A stretch of 64,000 bases of DNA from Candidatus Lustribacter sp. (GTDB taxonomy: Bacteria; Vulcanimicrobiota; Vulcanimicrobiia; Vulcanimicrobiales; Vulcanimicrobiaceae), in the NCBI GenBank assembly GCA_965277805.1, contig OZ255842.1, positions 4,992,001-5,056,000 on the forward strand. The letters are read 5' to 3'. The notes under the pieces are model-generated. The model was not told the DNA's origin and did no database searches. It saw only the letters and a program-made list of their open reading frames with translations. Below, one piece after another: positions 10,287 to 19,220 of the stretch (positions are counted from its first letter, which is position 1; each line of letters starts with the position of its first letter). Made by a program: the position numbers and the translations under genes.

Positions 10287-11895
10287 GGATTTACGCGCCG
10301 AAGTCGAGAATCGCCGGACGTTTGCGATTATCTCGCACCCCGACGCCGGCAAGACGACGCTCACCGAGAAGCTGTTGCTCTACGGCGGAGCGATCGTGAC
10401 CGCCGGTCAAGTTGCGGCGCGCAAGCGGGCCCGCTCGGCGACCTCCGACTGGATGGAATTGGAGCGGGAACGGGGCATTTCGATCACGTCAACGGTCCTC
10501 CAATTCCCCTATCACGGCCGGACGATCAATCTCCTCGATACGCCGGGCCATCAAGATTTCGGCGAGGATACCTATCGAACGCTCCTGGCGGCCGACAGTG
10601 CGGTCATGCTGATCGACGCGGCCAAGGGCGTAGAACCGCAGACCCGCAAATTGTTTGCGATCTGCCGCGCGCGGCGCATTCCGCTCTTCACGTTCATCAA
10701 CAAGATGGACCGGCCGACGCGCGACCCGCTCGAGCTGCTCGACGAACTCGAGAACGTGCTCGGCATCGGCGCCTATCCGGTGAACTGGCCGCTCGGCGGC
10801 GGCGAAACGTTCCGCGGTGTGTACGACCGTGAGACGCACGAGCTGCACACCTTCGAGCGCACCGAGCACGGCGCGAAGCGCGCGCCGGTCTCGGTGGCCG
10901 GCGTGCACGACGAGAAGATCCGCGCGCTGGTCGATGAGGGCACGTACCGCGAGTTTCTCGACGGCATCGAATTGCTGGAAGGCGCGGGCGCGGCGTTCGA
11001 CCCCGCCGCCATGCTGCGCGGCGACGTGACGCCGGTGTTCTTCGGCAGCGCGATGACGAACTTCGGCGTGGGACTCTTCCTCGACCGGTTCGTGAAGATG
11101 GGTCCGCCGCCGAGCGCGCGGCTCGACGCGGCCGGCACGCCGATCGAACCCGCGGACGAACACTTCTCGGCCTTCATCTTCAAGATTCAAGCGAACATGG
11201 ATCCGCGCCACCGCGATCGCGTCGCGTTCGCGCGCATCTGTTCGGGCAAGTTCGAACGCGACATGACCGTGCGTAACGTGCGTACCGGCAAGGACGTGCG
11301 CTTGACGCGCGCGATGAAGCTCTTCGCGAACGACCGCGAGTCGATCGAGGTTGCGTTTGCGGGCGACGTGGTGGGCCTCGCCAATCCGGGCACCTTCGCG
11401 ATCGGCGATACGCTGGCGGATTCCAGCGACGTACGCTTCGATCCGATCCCGGCGTTCGAGCCGGAACATTTCGCCCTTGTGCGGAGTATCGACACCGCGA
11501 GCTACAAATCGTTTCAGAAGGGGATCGCTCAATTGCGAGAAGAGGGCGCGATTCAAGTCCTGTACCCGTTCGGCCAAACGCGCATCGAACCGATCCTCGC
11601 GGCCGTCGGCGCCCTGCAGTTCGAGGTGGTGAAATACCGCCTCGAATCGGAGTATAACGTGAAGACGCAGATGACGACCTTGCCGTTCACGCTGGCGCGG
11701 AACGTCGCCGGCGATGCGGATGCCGTCGCATCGGCGCAGTTGCCGTCGAATGCAAAACTCGTCGAGGATTGGGACGGCGCGCCGCTGGGTCTGTTCGAGA
11801 GCGAGTGGAGCATGCGGCTTGCCGCCGAGTGGAACCCGCGCCTGACGTTCGAACCCTTCGGCGTGCGCGGCCTCGCCGCAGTGGTGCCCTCGTGA
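10285..11895 (+). CDS. prfC: Peptide chain release factor 3
   Basis: RRTFAIISHPDAGKTTLTEKLLL, SDWMELERERGISI, LLDTPGHQDF, FKIQANMDPRHRDR. Confidence 0.97.
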   Translation: MDLRAEVENRRTFAIISHPDAGKTTLTEKLLLYGGAIVTAGQVAARKRARSATSDWMELERERGISITSTVLQFPYHGRTINLLDTPGHQDFGEDTYRTLLAADSAVMLIDAAKGVEPQTRKLFAICRARRIPLFTFINKMDRPTRDPLELLDELENVLGIGAYPVNWPLGGGETFRGVYDRETHELHTFERTEHGAKRAPVSVAGVHDEKIRALVDEGTYREFLDGIELLEGAGAAFDPAAMLRGDVTPVFFGSAMTNFGVGLFLDRFVKMGPPPSARLDAAGTPIEPADEHFSAFIFKIQANMDPRHRDRVAFARICSGKFERDMTVRNVRTGKDVRLTRAMKLFANDRESIEVAFAGDVVGLANPGTFAIGDTLADSSDVRFDPIPAFEPEHFALVRSIDTASYKSFQKGIAQLREEGAIQVLYPFGQTRIEPILAAVGALQFEVVKYRLESEYNVKTQMTTLPFTLARNVAGDADAVASAQLPSNAKLVEDWDGAPLGLFESEWSMRLAAEWNPRLTFEPFGVRGLAAVVPS

Positions 11896-12347
11896 GCACG
11901 CCTGCAATCGCCGGGGGCACCGGACCGAGCGCGACGCGCGGTCCGGCCGGCAAGACCACGCGCTGGCTCTTGATCGCCGTCGTGCTGATCATCGTCTTCG
12001 GGCTCGTGCGCGGGCTGTTCGCGCATCATGAGACGAATTACGAGCGCATCGCGCGCGAGATGACAGTCGACTTGCAGAACAACGATCTCAAGGGCGTGCA
12101 GAGTTTCCAGAACGCCGAGACGGCCACGCTCGTGACGCACGCCGTCGTCGGCCGTGACGCCGATGCCTTTGCGCCGCTCGGTAAACTGCAGCGCGTGCTC
12201 GAAACGCCCGGAACGCCGGAAGAGACGACGCGCCGCGTGCACGAGTTCAACGCGACCTTCGATAAGGGCGTCGTGCACGAGACGATCCGCTTCGACCCCG
12301 ACAACAAGGTCGTCGGCTTCAAGTACGATCTGCCGCAGTCGAAGTAG
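11892..12347 (+). CDS. Hypothetical single-TM protein
   Basis: GTGA overlap with the prfC stop; one TM helix (WLLIAVVLIIVFGLV) followed by a soluble domain. Confidence 0.7.
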   Translation: MSTPAIAGGTGPSATRGPAGKTTRWLLIAVVLIIVFGLVRGLFAHHETNYERIAREMTVDLQNNDLKGVQSFQNAETATLVTHAVVGRDADAFAPLGKLQRVLETPGTPEETTRRVHEFNATFDKGVVHETIRFDPDNKVVGFKYDLPQSK

Positions 12348-13310
12348 ATGCCCGCGTTAGCTGTGACGTTCGACGACGTCGCGCGCGCCGCCGAGCGTTT
12401 GCGCGGCGTCGCGCATCGCACGCCCGCAATCACCTCGGCAACCCTCGACGAACGTACCGGCGCGCAGGTGTTCCTCAAAGCCGAGAACTTGCAGCGCATG
12501 GGCGCGTTCAAGTTTCGCGGCGCCTATAACCGCCTCGTGCAACTCGACCCGGCGGCGCGAGCGCGCGGCGTCGTGGCGTTTTCGAGCGGCAACCACGCGC
12601 AGGGCGTCGCGCTGGCGGCGAAACTGCTCGGTATTCCGGCCGCGATCGTCATGCCCACCGACGCGCCGGCGGCGAAACTCGCAGCCACCCGCGGCTACGG
12701 CGGCGAGGTCGTGCTCTACGACCGCTTCACGATGAACCGCGCGGAGATCGCGCAGTCGATTGCGGTCGAGCGCGGCGCAACGCTGGTGCCGCCCTACGAC
12801 GATCCCGCGATCATCGCGGGCCAGGGCACGACTGCGCTCGAATTGATCGAGGACGTGGGCCCGCTCGACCTGCTGCTGGTGTGCACCGGCGGCGGCGGAT
12901 TGCTCTCCGGCTGCGCGCTCGCGGCGACGAAGCTCTCGCCCGGGATCGCCGTGTACGGCGTCGAGCCGGAAGCGGGCGACGATTGGGTGCAGTCGCTGGC
13001 ACGAAACGAACGCGTGACGATCCCCGTCCCCGATACGATTGCCGACGGCATGCAAACGCAGTCGCCGGGCGAGTTGACGTTTCCGATCGTGCAGGCACTG
13101 TGCGCCGGCATCGTCACGGTGAGCGACCAGGAGTTGCGCGACGCGATGCGCTTTGCGTTCGAGCGGCTGAAACTCGTGATCGAACCGAGCGGCGTCGCCG
13201 GGCTCGCCGCCGCACTCACCAGGCGCGTCGACGTGCGCGGGAAACGCGTCGGCGTGACGCTGAGCGGCGGCAACGTCGACGCCGCCACGTTCGCGCGTTT
13301 GATCGCGTGA
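12348..13310 (+). CDS. PLP-dependent Ser/Thr dehydratase family (threo-3-hydroxyaspartate ammonia-lyase/serine racemase-like)
   Basis: KAENLQRMGAFKFRGA, FSSGNHAQG, GQGT, GGGGLLSG, SGGNVD; no ACT domain. Confidence 0.9.
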   Translation: MPALAVTFDDVARAAERLRGVAHRTPAITSATLDERTGAQVFLKAENLQRMGAFKFRGAYNRLVQLDPAARARGVVAFSSGNHAQGVALAAKLLGIPAAIVMPTDAPAAKLAATRGYGGEVVLYDRFTMNRAEIAQSIAVERGATLVPPYDDPAIIAGQGTTALELIEDVGPLDLLLVCTGGGGLLSGCALAATKLSPGIAVYGVEPEAGDDWVQSLARNERVTIPVPDTIADGMQTQSPGELTFPIVQALCAGIVTVSDQELRDAMRFAFERLKLVIEPSGVAGLAAALTRRVDVRGKRVGVTLSGGNVDAATFARLIA

Positions 13311-14011
13311 TCTTCGCCGAGCGGGAGCGCTTCGCGCGCGACGGTTTTGCCGACATGACGGAACTGATCCCGGCGAACGTGCGATCGGGCATCTCAGCCG
13401 AGGTTAGCGCTGCGCTCGATGCGCATTCCGTGCGGCGCGACGTGCGCATCGCCGTCACGGGGGGAACGCCGCGCCGGTATCGCGTCGTCGATCGCGACAC
13501 GCTCGCGGCGGCGTGTCCGAAAACGGCGGCGTTGTACCGCTCACCGCATCTGCTCACCCTCATCGGTCTCGTCGCGGGTCAGCCGGTCGTGCCCGTGCCG
13601 TACGTTGCCGAAGAACTGATCGCGACGCGCCTCGAGCGCGCCGGGGACACGCACGGCTGGCACTGGGACGACTACGCTTTCGCGCTCGTCTGGGTGTTGC
13701 GCGCGCCGGCCGCCTGCGACGGCGCAACGCTCGAATACATCACCGGCGTGCCGTGGCGCAAAACCGACCCTGCGGTGGAATCCATCCTCGCCGAACGCGA
13801 GCCCGCTCGCAGGCACGTCGCATCCGGCACGCTCTATCTGCTGCGCACCGACACGACGCTGCACCGCGTCACACCGTTATTGCGTGACGTCCGCCGCGAC
13901 GCGCTCTGTTTCAGTTACGCCGCCGTGGCGGACATTCACCGCACCGTCACCCACGAATCCCTCGAGATGATCCTCGATCCGCGTCCCGAGCTTGTCGAGG
14001 GACCGCCCTAA
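13307..14011 (+). CDS. BesD/HalD-family 2-oxoglutarate/Fe(II) oxygenase, HxD (hydroxylase-type) variant
   Basis: GTGA overlap; GDTHGWHWDDYAFALVWVL and YLLRTDTTLHRV match the BesD-family core as I recall it. Confidence 0.8.
   Translation: MIFAERERFARDGFADMTELIPANVRSGISAEVSAALDAHSVRRDVRIAVTGGTPRRYRVVDRDTLAAACPKTAALYRSPHLLTLIGLVAGQPVVPVPYVAEELIATRLERAGDTHGWHWDDYAFALVWVLRAPAACDGATLEYITGVPWRKTDPAVESILAEREPARRHVASGTLYLLRTDTTLHRVTPLLRDVRRDALCFSYAAVADIHRTVTHESLEMILDPRPELVEGPP
13984..14002. repeat. REP-like palindrome, left copy
   Basis: TCCCGAGCTTGTCGAGGGA is the exact reverse complement of 14482-14500. Confidence 0.75.
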
Positions 14012-14021
14012 ATCGTCGCCT

Positions 14022-14426
14022 TTACTTCGCTTTGGGGATGTTGCCGCAGGCGTAGTAGGTGGGGACGTCCGAGGTCGAGTGGTGGATGTTGATCGCAAAT
14101 CCGCCCGTCTCGAGATCGGCGAGCTGCATGTTCTTGAGGGTCGTGGTCGACGTGCCTTTTTGCAGCGTGGCCAGCGGATACGTGGGCTTCGGATCGAGCG
14201 TATCGCAAGTGCCCTTGTGAATGTGGATCGGTTGCGCGACGTCCGGCGCGTATTGTGTGGTGACGTCGACGACCACGTTGTCGCCGTCTTGGGTCATAAC
14301 GACGTTGCCGATTTCGCCCGAACCGTTCTGCGGATGGAGCGTGAACTTCACCGGCCCGCTGGCGAGGGCGAACGTCGAGGTCGCGAGGACGAGTGCGGCC
14401 GTTGCCGCCGCGATGCGAAAAGACAT
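14022..14426 (-). CDS. Secreted CHRD/Cu-Zn-SOD-like fold protein
   Basis: Signal peptide; QNGSGEIG, PIHIHKGTC, AINIH, ACGNI; TACACT -10 box and GGAGGTG SD upstream. Confidence 0.7.
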   Translation of the reverse strand: MSFRIAAATAALVLATSTFALASGPVKFTLHPQNGSGEIGNVVMTQDGDNVVVDVTTQYAPDVAQPIHIHKGTCDTLDPKPTYPLATLQKGTSTTTLKNMQLADLETGGFAINIHHSTSDVPTYYACGNIPKAK

Positions 14427-14476
14427 AGAGACACCTCCGGAACGAGTGTACGGAACCCTTCGCAGAAGGGCCGCCG

Positions 14477-14505
14477 TGTCATCCCTCGACAAGCTCGGGA
14501 TGACA
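14477..14505. repeat. REP-like palindrome, right copy
   Basis: TGTCATCCCTCGACAAGCTCGGGATGACA hairpin with TGTCAT/ATGACA ends. Confidence 0.75.
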
Positions 14506-14512
14506 GTGGGAG

Positions 14513-16042
14513 TCACGTTAGCAAGGAAGTCTGAGGATTTTCTTTGCGGTCGGCGATGACGGCGTGGGCGGCGCGGCGGCCGGGGAAGCCGCTGACGCAG
14601 CCGCCGGGATGCGTTCCGGAACCGCAGAGGTAGAGCCCGTCGATCCCGGTGCGCACGCCGAAGCGCTGGCCATACAGCTGGCCGGGCAGCAGTTCGCCGT
14701 GGAAGATGTGGCCGCCGGCAAGGCCGAGCGTCGCTTCGAGGTCGGGAGGCGCTAGGACCTGACGGTGCTCGATCGCGCCCGGCAGGTTCGGCGCGTAGGC
14801 GGCGAGCTGCGCGACGATCCGATCCGCGATCGCGTCGCGATCGCCGGGCTCCCACGGGCGATCGCTGCGATCGTAGGGGAAGTACTGCGCGAAGATCGAG
14901 AGGATGTGTTTGCCGGCCGGAGCGAGTGACGGATCGGTCGGCGTTTGCATGAAGCACTCGAGCATCGGTTCGCGCGACGTACCGAGTTCGCGCGCGTCGT
15001 CGTACGCATGCTGTAAGAAATCGATCGAGGGTGCAACGTGAATCGTAGCGCGATGATGCGGCTGCTCGTTCGTGCCGGGACGCGCGCGAAAATCGGGTAG
15101 TTCGCCCAGACCAAGGTTGATCTTGAGCGAGACGCCGTTGGAACGCCAAGCCGCGGCGCGCGCGTGCAGTTCGGGCGGCACATCGCTGCGTTCGAGCAAC
15201 TGCAAGAAGAGCGTTTTCGGATCGGCGTTGACGAGGATCGCCCCGGCGTCGATCGTCGTGCCGTCGCGCAATTCGATGCGCCCGGCGCGGCCGTTGCGCA
15301 GCGCGATGCGTTCGACGGTGCTCCCCGCGCGCAATTCGGCGCCGGCCGCGCGGGCCGCGGAGGCGGCGGCCGCCGAGACCGCGCCCATGCCGCCGCGCAC
15401 GAAGCCCCACGCGCCCTGCACTCCGAGCGCGCGGCCGGCGTAGTGATGCGCGAGCACGTAGGCGGTGCCGGGATCGCGCGGACCGGCGCCGGTGCCGATC
15501 AGCCCGTCGGTGGCGAGCGTCGCCTGCAGCACGGGCGTGCGTACGTAGCGCTCGACGAGATCCGCGACGGAGCCCTCGAGCGTCGTGCGCGTCGCGGCGT
15601 CGAAACGCGACCACGCCGGCGTTTCATCGGCGAACGATTCGAACAGCGCGCTGCCGAGACGCAGCGCCTCCGTCTCGAACGCCGCGAAGCCCGCCACGTC
15701 GCGTTCGTCGAAGGCGGCGATTTCGCGCGCATTCGCCACCTCGTCCGAACCGAGCAGGAGCGAGCGTCCATCGCCGAGCGGCGTGAACGACGCCGGCTCC
15801 TTGCGATAGGCGTTGTAGCCGTGCGCGGCGAGGTCGAGGTCGGCGATGACCTGCGGATCGAGCAGGCTGCACACGTAGGATGCGAGCGACACCTTGTAGC
15901 CCGGCCAGACGGGTTCCGTGACCGCCGCGCCGCCGAGCACGTCGCGCCGTTCGAGCACGAGCGTGCGCAAACCGGCGCGCGCGCAATACGCGGCGGCGAT
16001 CAGCCCGTTGTGACCGCCGCCGACGATGACAACGTCGGCCGT
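14513..16042 (-). CDS. Phytoene desaturase-like FAD-dependent oxidoreductase
   Basis: Rossmann DVVIVGGGHNGL..A, VLERR..LGGA, GGMG, GGHIFHGE, LYLCGSGTHPGG. No ATG/GTG/TTG near the N-terminus; in-frame ACG at 16042 proposed as start. Confidence 0.85.
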   Translation of the reverse strand, partial: TADVVIVGGGHNGLIAAAYCARAGLRTLVLERRDVLGGAAVTEPVWPGYKVSLASYVCSLLDPQVIADLDLAAHGYNAYRKEPASFTPLGDGRSLLLGSDEVANAREIAAFDERDVAGFAAFETEALRLGSALFESFADETPAWSRFDAATRTTLEGSVADLVERYVRTPVLQATLATDGLIGTGAGPRDPGTAYVLAHHYAGRALGVQGAWGFVRGGMGAVSAAAASAARAAGAELRAGSTVERIALRNGRAGRIELRDGTTIDAGAILVNADPKTLFLQLLERSDVPPELHARAAAWRSNGVSLKINLGLGELPDFRARPGTNEQPHHRATIHVAPSIDFLQHAYDDARELGTSREPMLECFMQTPTDPSLAPAGKHILSIFAQYFPYDRSDRPWEPGDRDAIADRIVAQLAAYAPNLPGAIEHRQVLAPPDLEATLGLAGGHIFHGELLPGQLYGQRFGVRTGIDGLYLCGSGTHPGGCVSGFPGRRAAHAVIADRKENPQTSLLT

Positions 16043-16731
16043 TAGCGTTTCTGGGGTCTCCGCTTCGGTTTGAACGGATCGCCGACCGCATACTTGCCGC
16101 GTTTGGGCAAGTCTTCGTCGACGTCGTCGCAGCCGATCGGCGTGAACGCGCCGCAGTCGTGCGGGCGCGCTTCGTAAATCCCGCAGTAGTAGTGACCGGA
16201 ACGCCCGCCCTTGAGAAAGACGCACTTGGACGCGATGTCTTCGTCGACTTTCTTCAGCCAGCCGACGTTGTAACCGTCGGCCGACTCGCGCTCGTTCACG
16301 TACTCTTTCATCACTTCTTCGTACGTCCAGCCGAAGTGATCGGCGATGCGTTGCACGTCGGCTTTGTTGACGAAGGGTTCGTAACCGCCGCAGCATTCGG
16401 CGCAGCCCGGCGGGCACGCGACGTTGTTCGGCAGATCGTAGAGGTGCTTGCGCGCCAGCTCGATCACGCCGCGGACGGCCAGCACCATTTCGGGATCGTC
16501 GTTGTACTTATAGACCCATTCGCGATGCGTGATCGTGTTGGAGTTGTAGTACCGCTCGATCTTTTCGTTGTACTTGATCGTGATGTGTTCTTCATCGATC
16601 TCGATGTTTTGGACCATGTTCATGGTCTCGAGATCGAGTTGGTTGAGGGAAGTTGGTTGCCCGGTGTCGCGCGTGAATTTCTTGAGATTGCGCAGTTCAC
16701 GGTGGGCGATCAGATCGATCGTCTCTTGCAT
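16042..16731 (-). CDS. YkgJ-family (CxxxCxxCC) cysteine-cluster protein with N-terminal extension
   Basis: CPPGCAECC, CVFL, CGIYEARPHDC. Confidence 0.8.
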   Translation of the reverse strand: MQETIDLIAHRELRNLKKFTRDTGQPTSLNQLDLETMNMVQNIEIDEEHITIKYNEKIERYYNSNTITHREWVYKYNDDPEMVLAVRGVIELARKHLYDLPNNVACPPGCAECCGGYEPFVNKADVQRIADHFGWTYEEVMKEYVNERESADGYNVGWLKKVDEDIASKCVFLKGGRSGHYYCGIYEARPHDCGAFTPIGCDDVDEDLPKRGKYAVGDPFKPKRRPQKR

Positions 16732-16791
16732 GGATGTCCCTTTCGCGGGTTACGGCGGATCGACCCGGCCCCGGCGCGAAAGGCCTGCCGC

Positions 16792-17742
16792 ATGGGGCAA
16801 GCAATCGGCGTAGACCTGGGTGGATCGCACGTGATGGCGACCGTCGTCGACGAAACCGGCGAGACCAAAGCCAAGCACGAGCGCGACATCGTCGATCACG
16901 CGCCGGCGGCGGTCTTCGCAGCCGTCGAGAAAGTCATCGCCGAAGCGCTCGGCGACGCCAAAGAGAAGCAGATCGTCGGGATCGGCATCGGGGCGCCGGG
17001 CAACATCGACCTCGAGACCGGCACGATCCGCTACTCGCCCAACTTCGGCTGGAAGGATGTCGCGCTCGGCGATCACGTCCGGGGCGCGTTCAAGTTCCCG
17101 GTGTTCGTCGGCAACGACGCGCGCTGCGCGACGCTCGGCGAGCACACCTTCGGCGCGGGTAAAGGCGTGCCGGACTTCGTTCTGCTCACGCTCGGCACCG
17201 GGATCGGCGGCGGAATCGTTTCCGGCGGAAAGCTCCTGGTCGGAGGGCGCGCCAGCGCCGGTGAGGTGGGCCACCATCAGATCCGCCCGCACGACGGGTT
17301 CGTCTGCGGCTGCGGTAAGATCGGCTGCTTCGAAGCACAGTGTTCGGGCACGGGCCTGATTCGTCACGCACTCGCGCTTCAGCCGTCGTTTCCGCGCAGC
17401 ACGCTGCTCGATGCGCCCAAAGAGAAGCTCGGCTCGAAGGCGATCCGCCGCGCGGCGCAAGCCGGCGACGGGCACGGGCTCGCGGCCTGGAACAACTGGA
17501 TCGACGATTTGGGCTACGGCCTCGCCAACATCGTGGCATTCGTGAATCCCACGATGATCGCGCTCGGCGGCGGGGTGGCCAGTGCCGGCGCGTTCATCAT
17601 CGATAAGGTCGCACCGCTGGTCGAAGCGCGGTCGACGATGGTGCCGCCCGGCTCGACGACGATCGTCACCGCCACCCTCGGCAACGATGCCGGCGCGATC
17701 GGCGCCGCCACCATGGCGCTGCGCGGCGGCCTTACGGCTTAG
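16792..17742 (+). CDS. ROK-family sugar kinase (glucokinase-like)
   Basis: GVDLGGS, VGNDA, TLGTGIGGG, GEVGH, CGCGKIGCFE, LGNDAGAIGA; no HTH domain. Confidence 0.92.
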   Translation: MGQAIGVDLGGSHVMATVVDETGETKAKHERDIVDHAPAAVFAAVEKVIAEALGDAKEKQIVGIGIGAPGNIDLETGTIRYSPNFGWKDVALGDHVRGAFKFPVFVGNDARCATLGEHTFGAGKGVPDFVLLTLGTGIGGGIVSGGKLLVGGRASAGEVGHHQIRPHDGFVCGCGKIGCFEAQCSGTGLIRHALALQPSFPRSTLLDAPKEKLGSKAIRRAAQAGDGHGLAAWNNWIDDLGYGLANIVAFVNPTMIALGGGVASAGAFIIDKVAPLVEARSTMVPPGSTTIVTATLGNDAGAIGAATMALRGGLTA

Positions 17743-17745
17743 TCA

Positions 17746-18042
17746 TTATTCGTCGATCGAGAGGCCGTCGAGGGGCGCCGGATAGATCGTGTCGATGTCG
17801 ACGAGCGGAATGCGTTCTTCTTCGATCTTCAGACCGAGGCGCGAAACGGCTTGGCCGGGCGCAGTCGACGGCTGCTTCGGCGAGAGCGAGAACGGCTGCA
17901 GATAGAGATACGTGTCGTCGACGCGCAGCACGCGGCCGCCGCTGTTGGTCGGCATCTTCGGAAGTCCCTCGATCACGGCCGCTTTCCAATCGAGAACGAT
18001 GAATTTGCCGACCCATGGCGCAGCGTCGCTTTGGTAAATCAC
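17746..18042 (-). CDS. Small hypothetical protein (98 aa)
   Basis: GTG overlapping the amidohydrolase TAG (TAGTG); protein-like composition. Confidence 0.55.
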   Translation of the reverse strand: MIYQSDAAPWVGKFIVLDWKAAVIEGLPKMPTNSGGRVLRVDDTYLYLQPFSLSPKQPSTAPGQAVSRLGLKIEEERIPLVDIDTIYPAPLDGLSIDE

Positions 18043-19220
18043 TAGGGTGCCATTTCCGGCGCGTTGAGCGCCAGTGCCGTCATCATGCGAACGCCGGTTT
18101 CGAGCGCGCGTTCGTCGATGTCGAATTTTGCATGATGGTGGGGAAACGACGTGGACGGCCCGCCGTTGCAGCCGACCGAGTAGAAACACGCCGGGACGCG
18201 TTCGGCGAAGAACGAGAAATCTTCCGCGCCCATCAGCTTCGGCGCCTCGATCACGCGCGTTGCGCCGATTTCGCGCTCGGCCAGCGCGCGAACCCAGCGC
18301 GTTTGTTCGGCATCGTTCGAGGTGACCGGATAGCGGCGCAAATAATCGAAGGTGTACGTCGCGCCCGAACTCTCGCACACCCCGCGCAAGACGCGCTCGA
18401 TGCGCTCGGCGAGCGCGTTGCGCACGTCGGCGTCGAACGCGCGCACGGTGCCGAGCAGCGTCGCGCGCGATGGAATCACGTTGTGAATCGTGCCCGCATG
18501 CACGGCGCCGATCGTCACGACGGCCGGTGCGAGCGGATCGATTTGGCGCGCGACGATCTGCTGCACGGCCACGATGAATGCGCCCGCGACGTAGATCGGA
18601 TCGATCGAGAGGTGCGGCGCGGCGCCGTGTCCGCCCGCGCCTTCGATCGTGATCTCGATCGAATCGCTCGACGCATAGAACGCGCCCTCGCGCAGGCCGA
18701 TGATGCCGGTGGGAAATGCCGAAGCCAGGTGCAGCCCGTAGGCCCGCTCGATGCCGAAGCGTTCGAAGAGGCCGTCCTCGACCATCGCCTTCGCGCCGCC
18801 GCGGCCTTCCTCGGCGGGCTGGAAGCACAACACGATCGTGCCGGCCAGTTCCGCCTGCCGGCGCGCGATCAGCGTCGCGGCGCCGAGCAGCATCGCGACG
18901 TGGCCGTCGTGTCCGCAGGCGTGCATCGTGCCGCGCGTTTGCGAGGCGTAGTCGACGGCGTTCTCTTCCTCGATCGGCAACGCGTCCATGTCGGCGCGCA
19001 GCATGATTGTCTTGCCGGGACGCGTTCCGCGCATCACGCCGACGACGCCCGTGACGCCGATGCCTTCGGTGACGTCGTAGCCGAGTGCGCGCAAACGCGC
19101 AGCGGCGAGCGCTGCCGTGCGCCGTTCTTCAAAGCCGAGTTCGGGATGCTGGTGCAGATCGCGCCGGGTCGCGATGACGTCGGCGATGACGTCTTCGGGC
19201 AGGGGCGCGAGCGCGGTCAA
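18042..19220 (-). CDS. M20D amidohydrolase
   Basis: RRDLHQHPELGFEE, LRADMDALPI, MHACGHDGH, FQPAEE, GGHGA, AEDFS; TTG start overlaps the upstream stop. Confidence 0.92.
   Translation of the reverse strand: MTALAPLPEDVIADVIATRRDLHQHPELGFEERRTAALAAARLRALGYDVTEGIGVTGVVGVMRGTRPGKTIMLRADMDALPIEEENAVDYASQTRGTMHACGHDGHVAMLLGAATLIARRQAELAGTIVLCFQPAEEGRGGAKAMVEDGLFERFGIERAYGLHLASAFPTGIIGLREGAFYASSDSIEITIEGAGGHGAAPHLSIDPIYVAGAFIVAVQQIVARQIDPLAPAVVTIGAVHAGTIHNVIPSRATLLGTVRAFDADVRNALAERIERVLRGVCESSGATYTFDYLRRYPVTSNDAEQTRWVRALAEREIGATRVIEAPKLMGAEDFSFFAERVPACFYSVGCNGGPSTSFPHHHAKFDIDERALETGVRMMTALALNAPEMAP

Noticed and set aside
13307-14011. Calling the BesD-like gene a halogenase
   Set aside because: The metal triad is HxD, not HxG/A, leaving no open site for halide.
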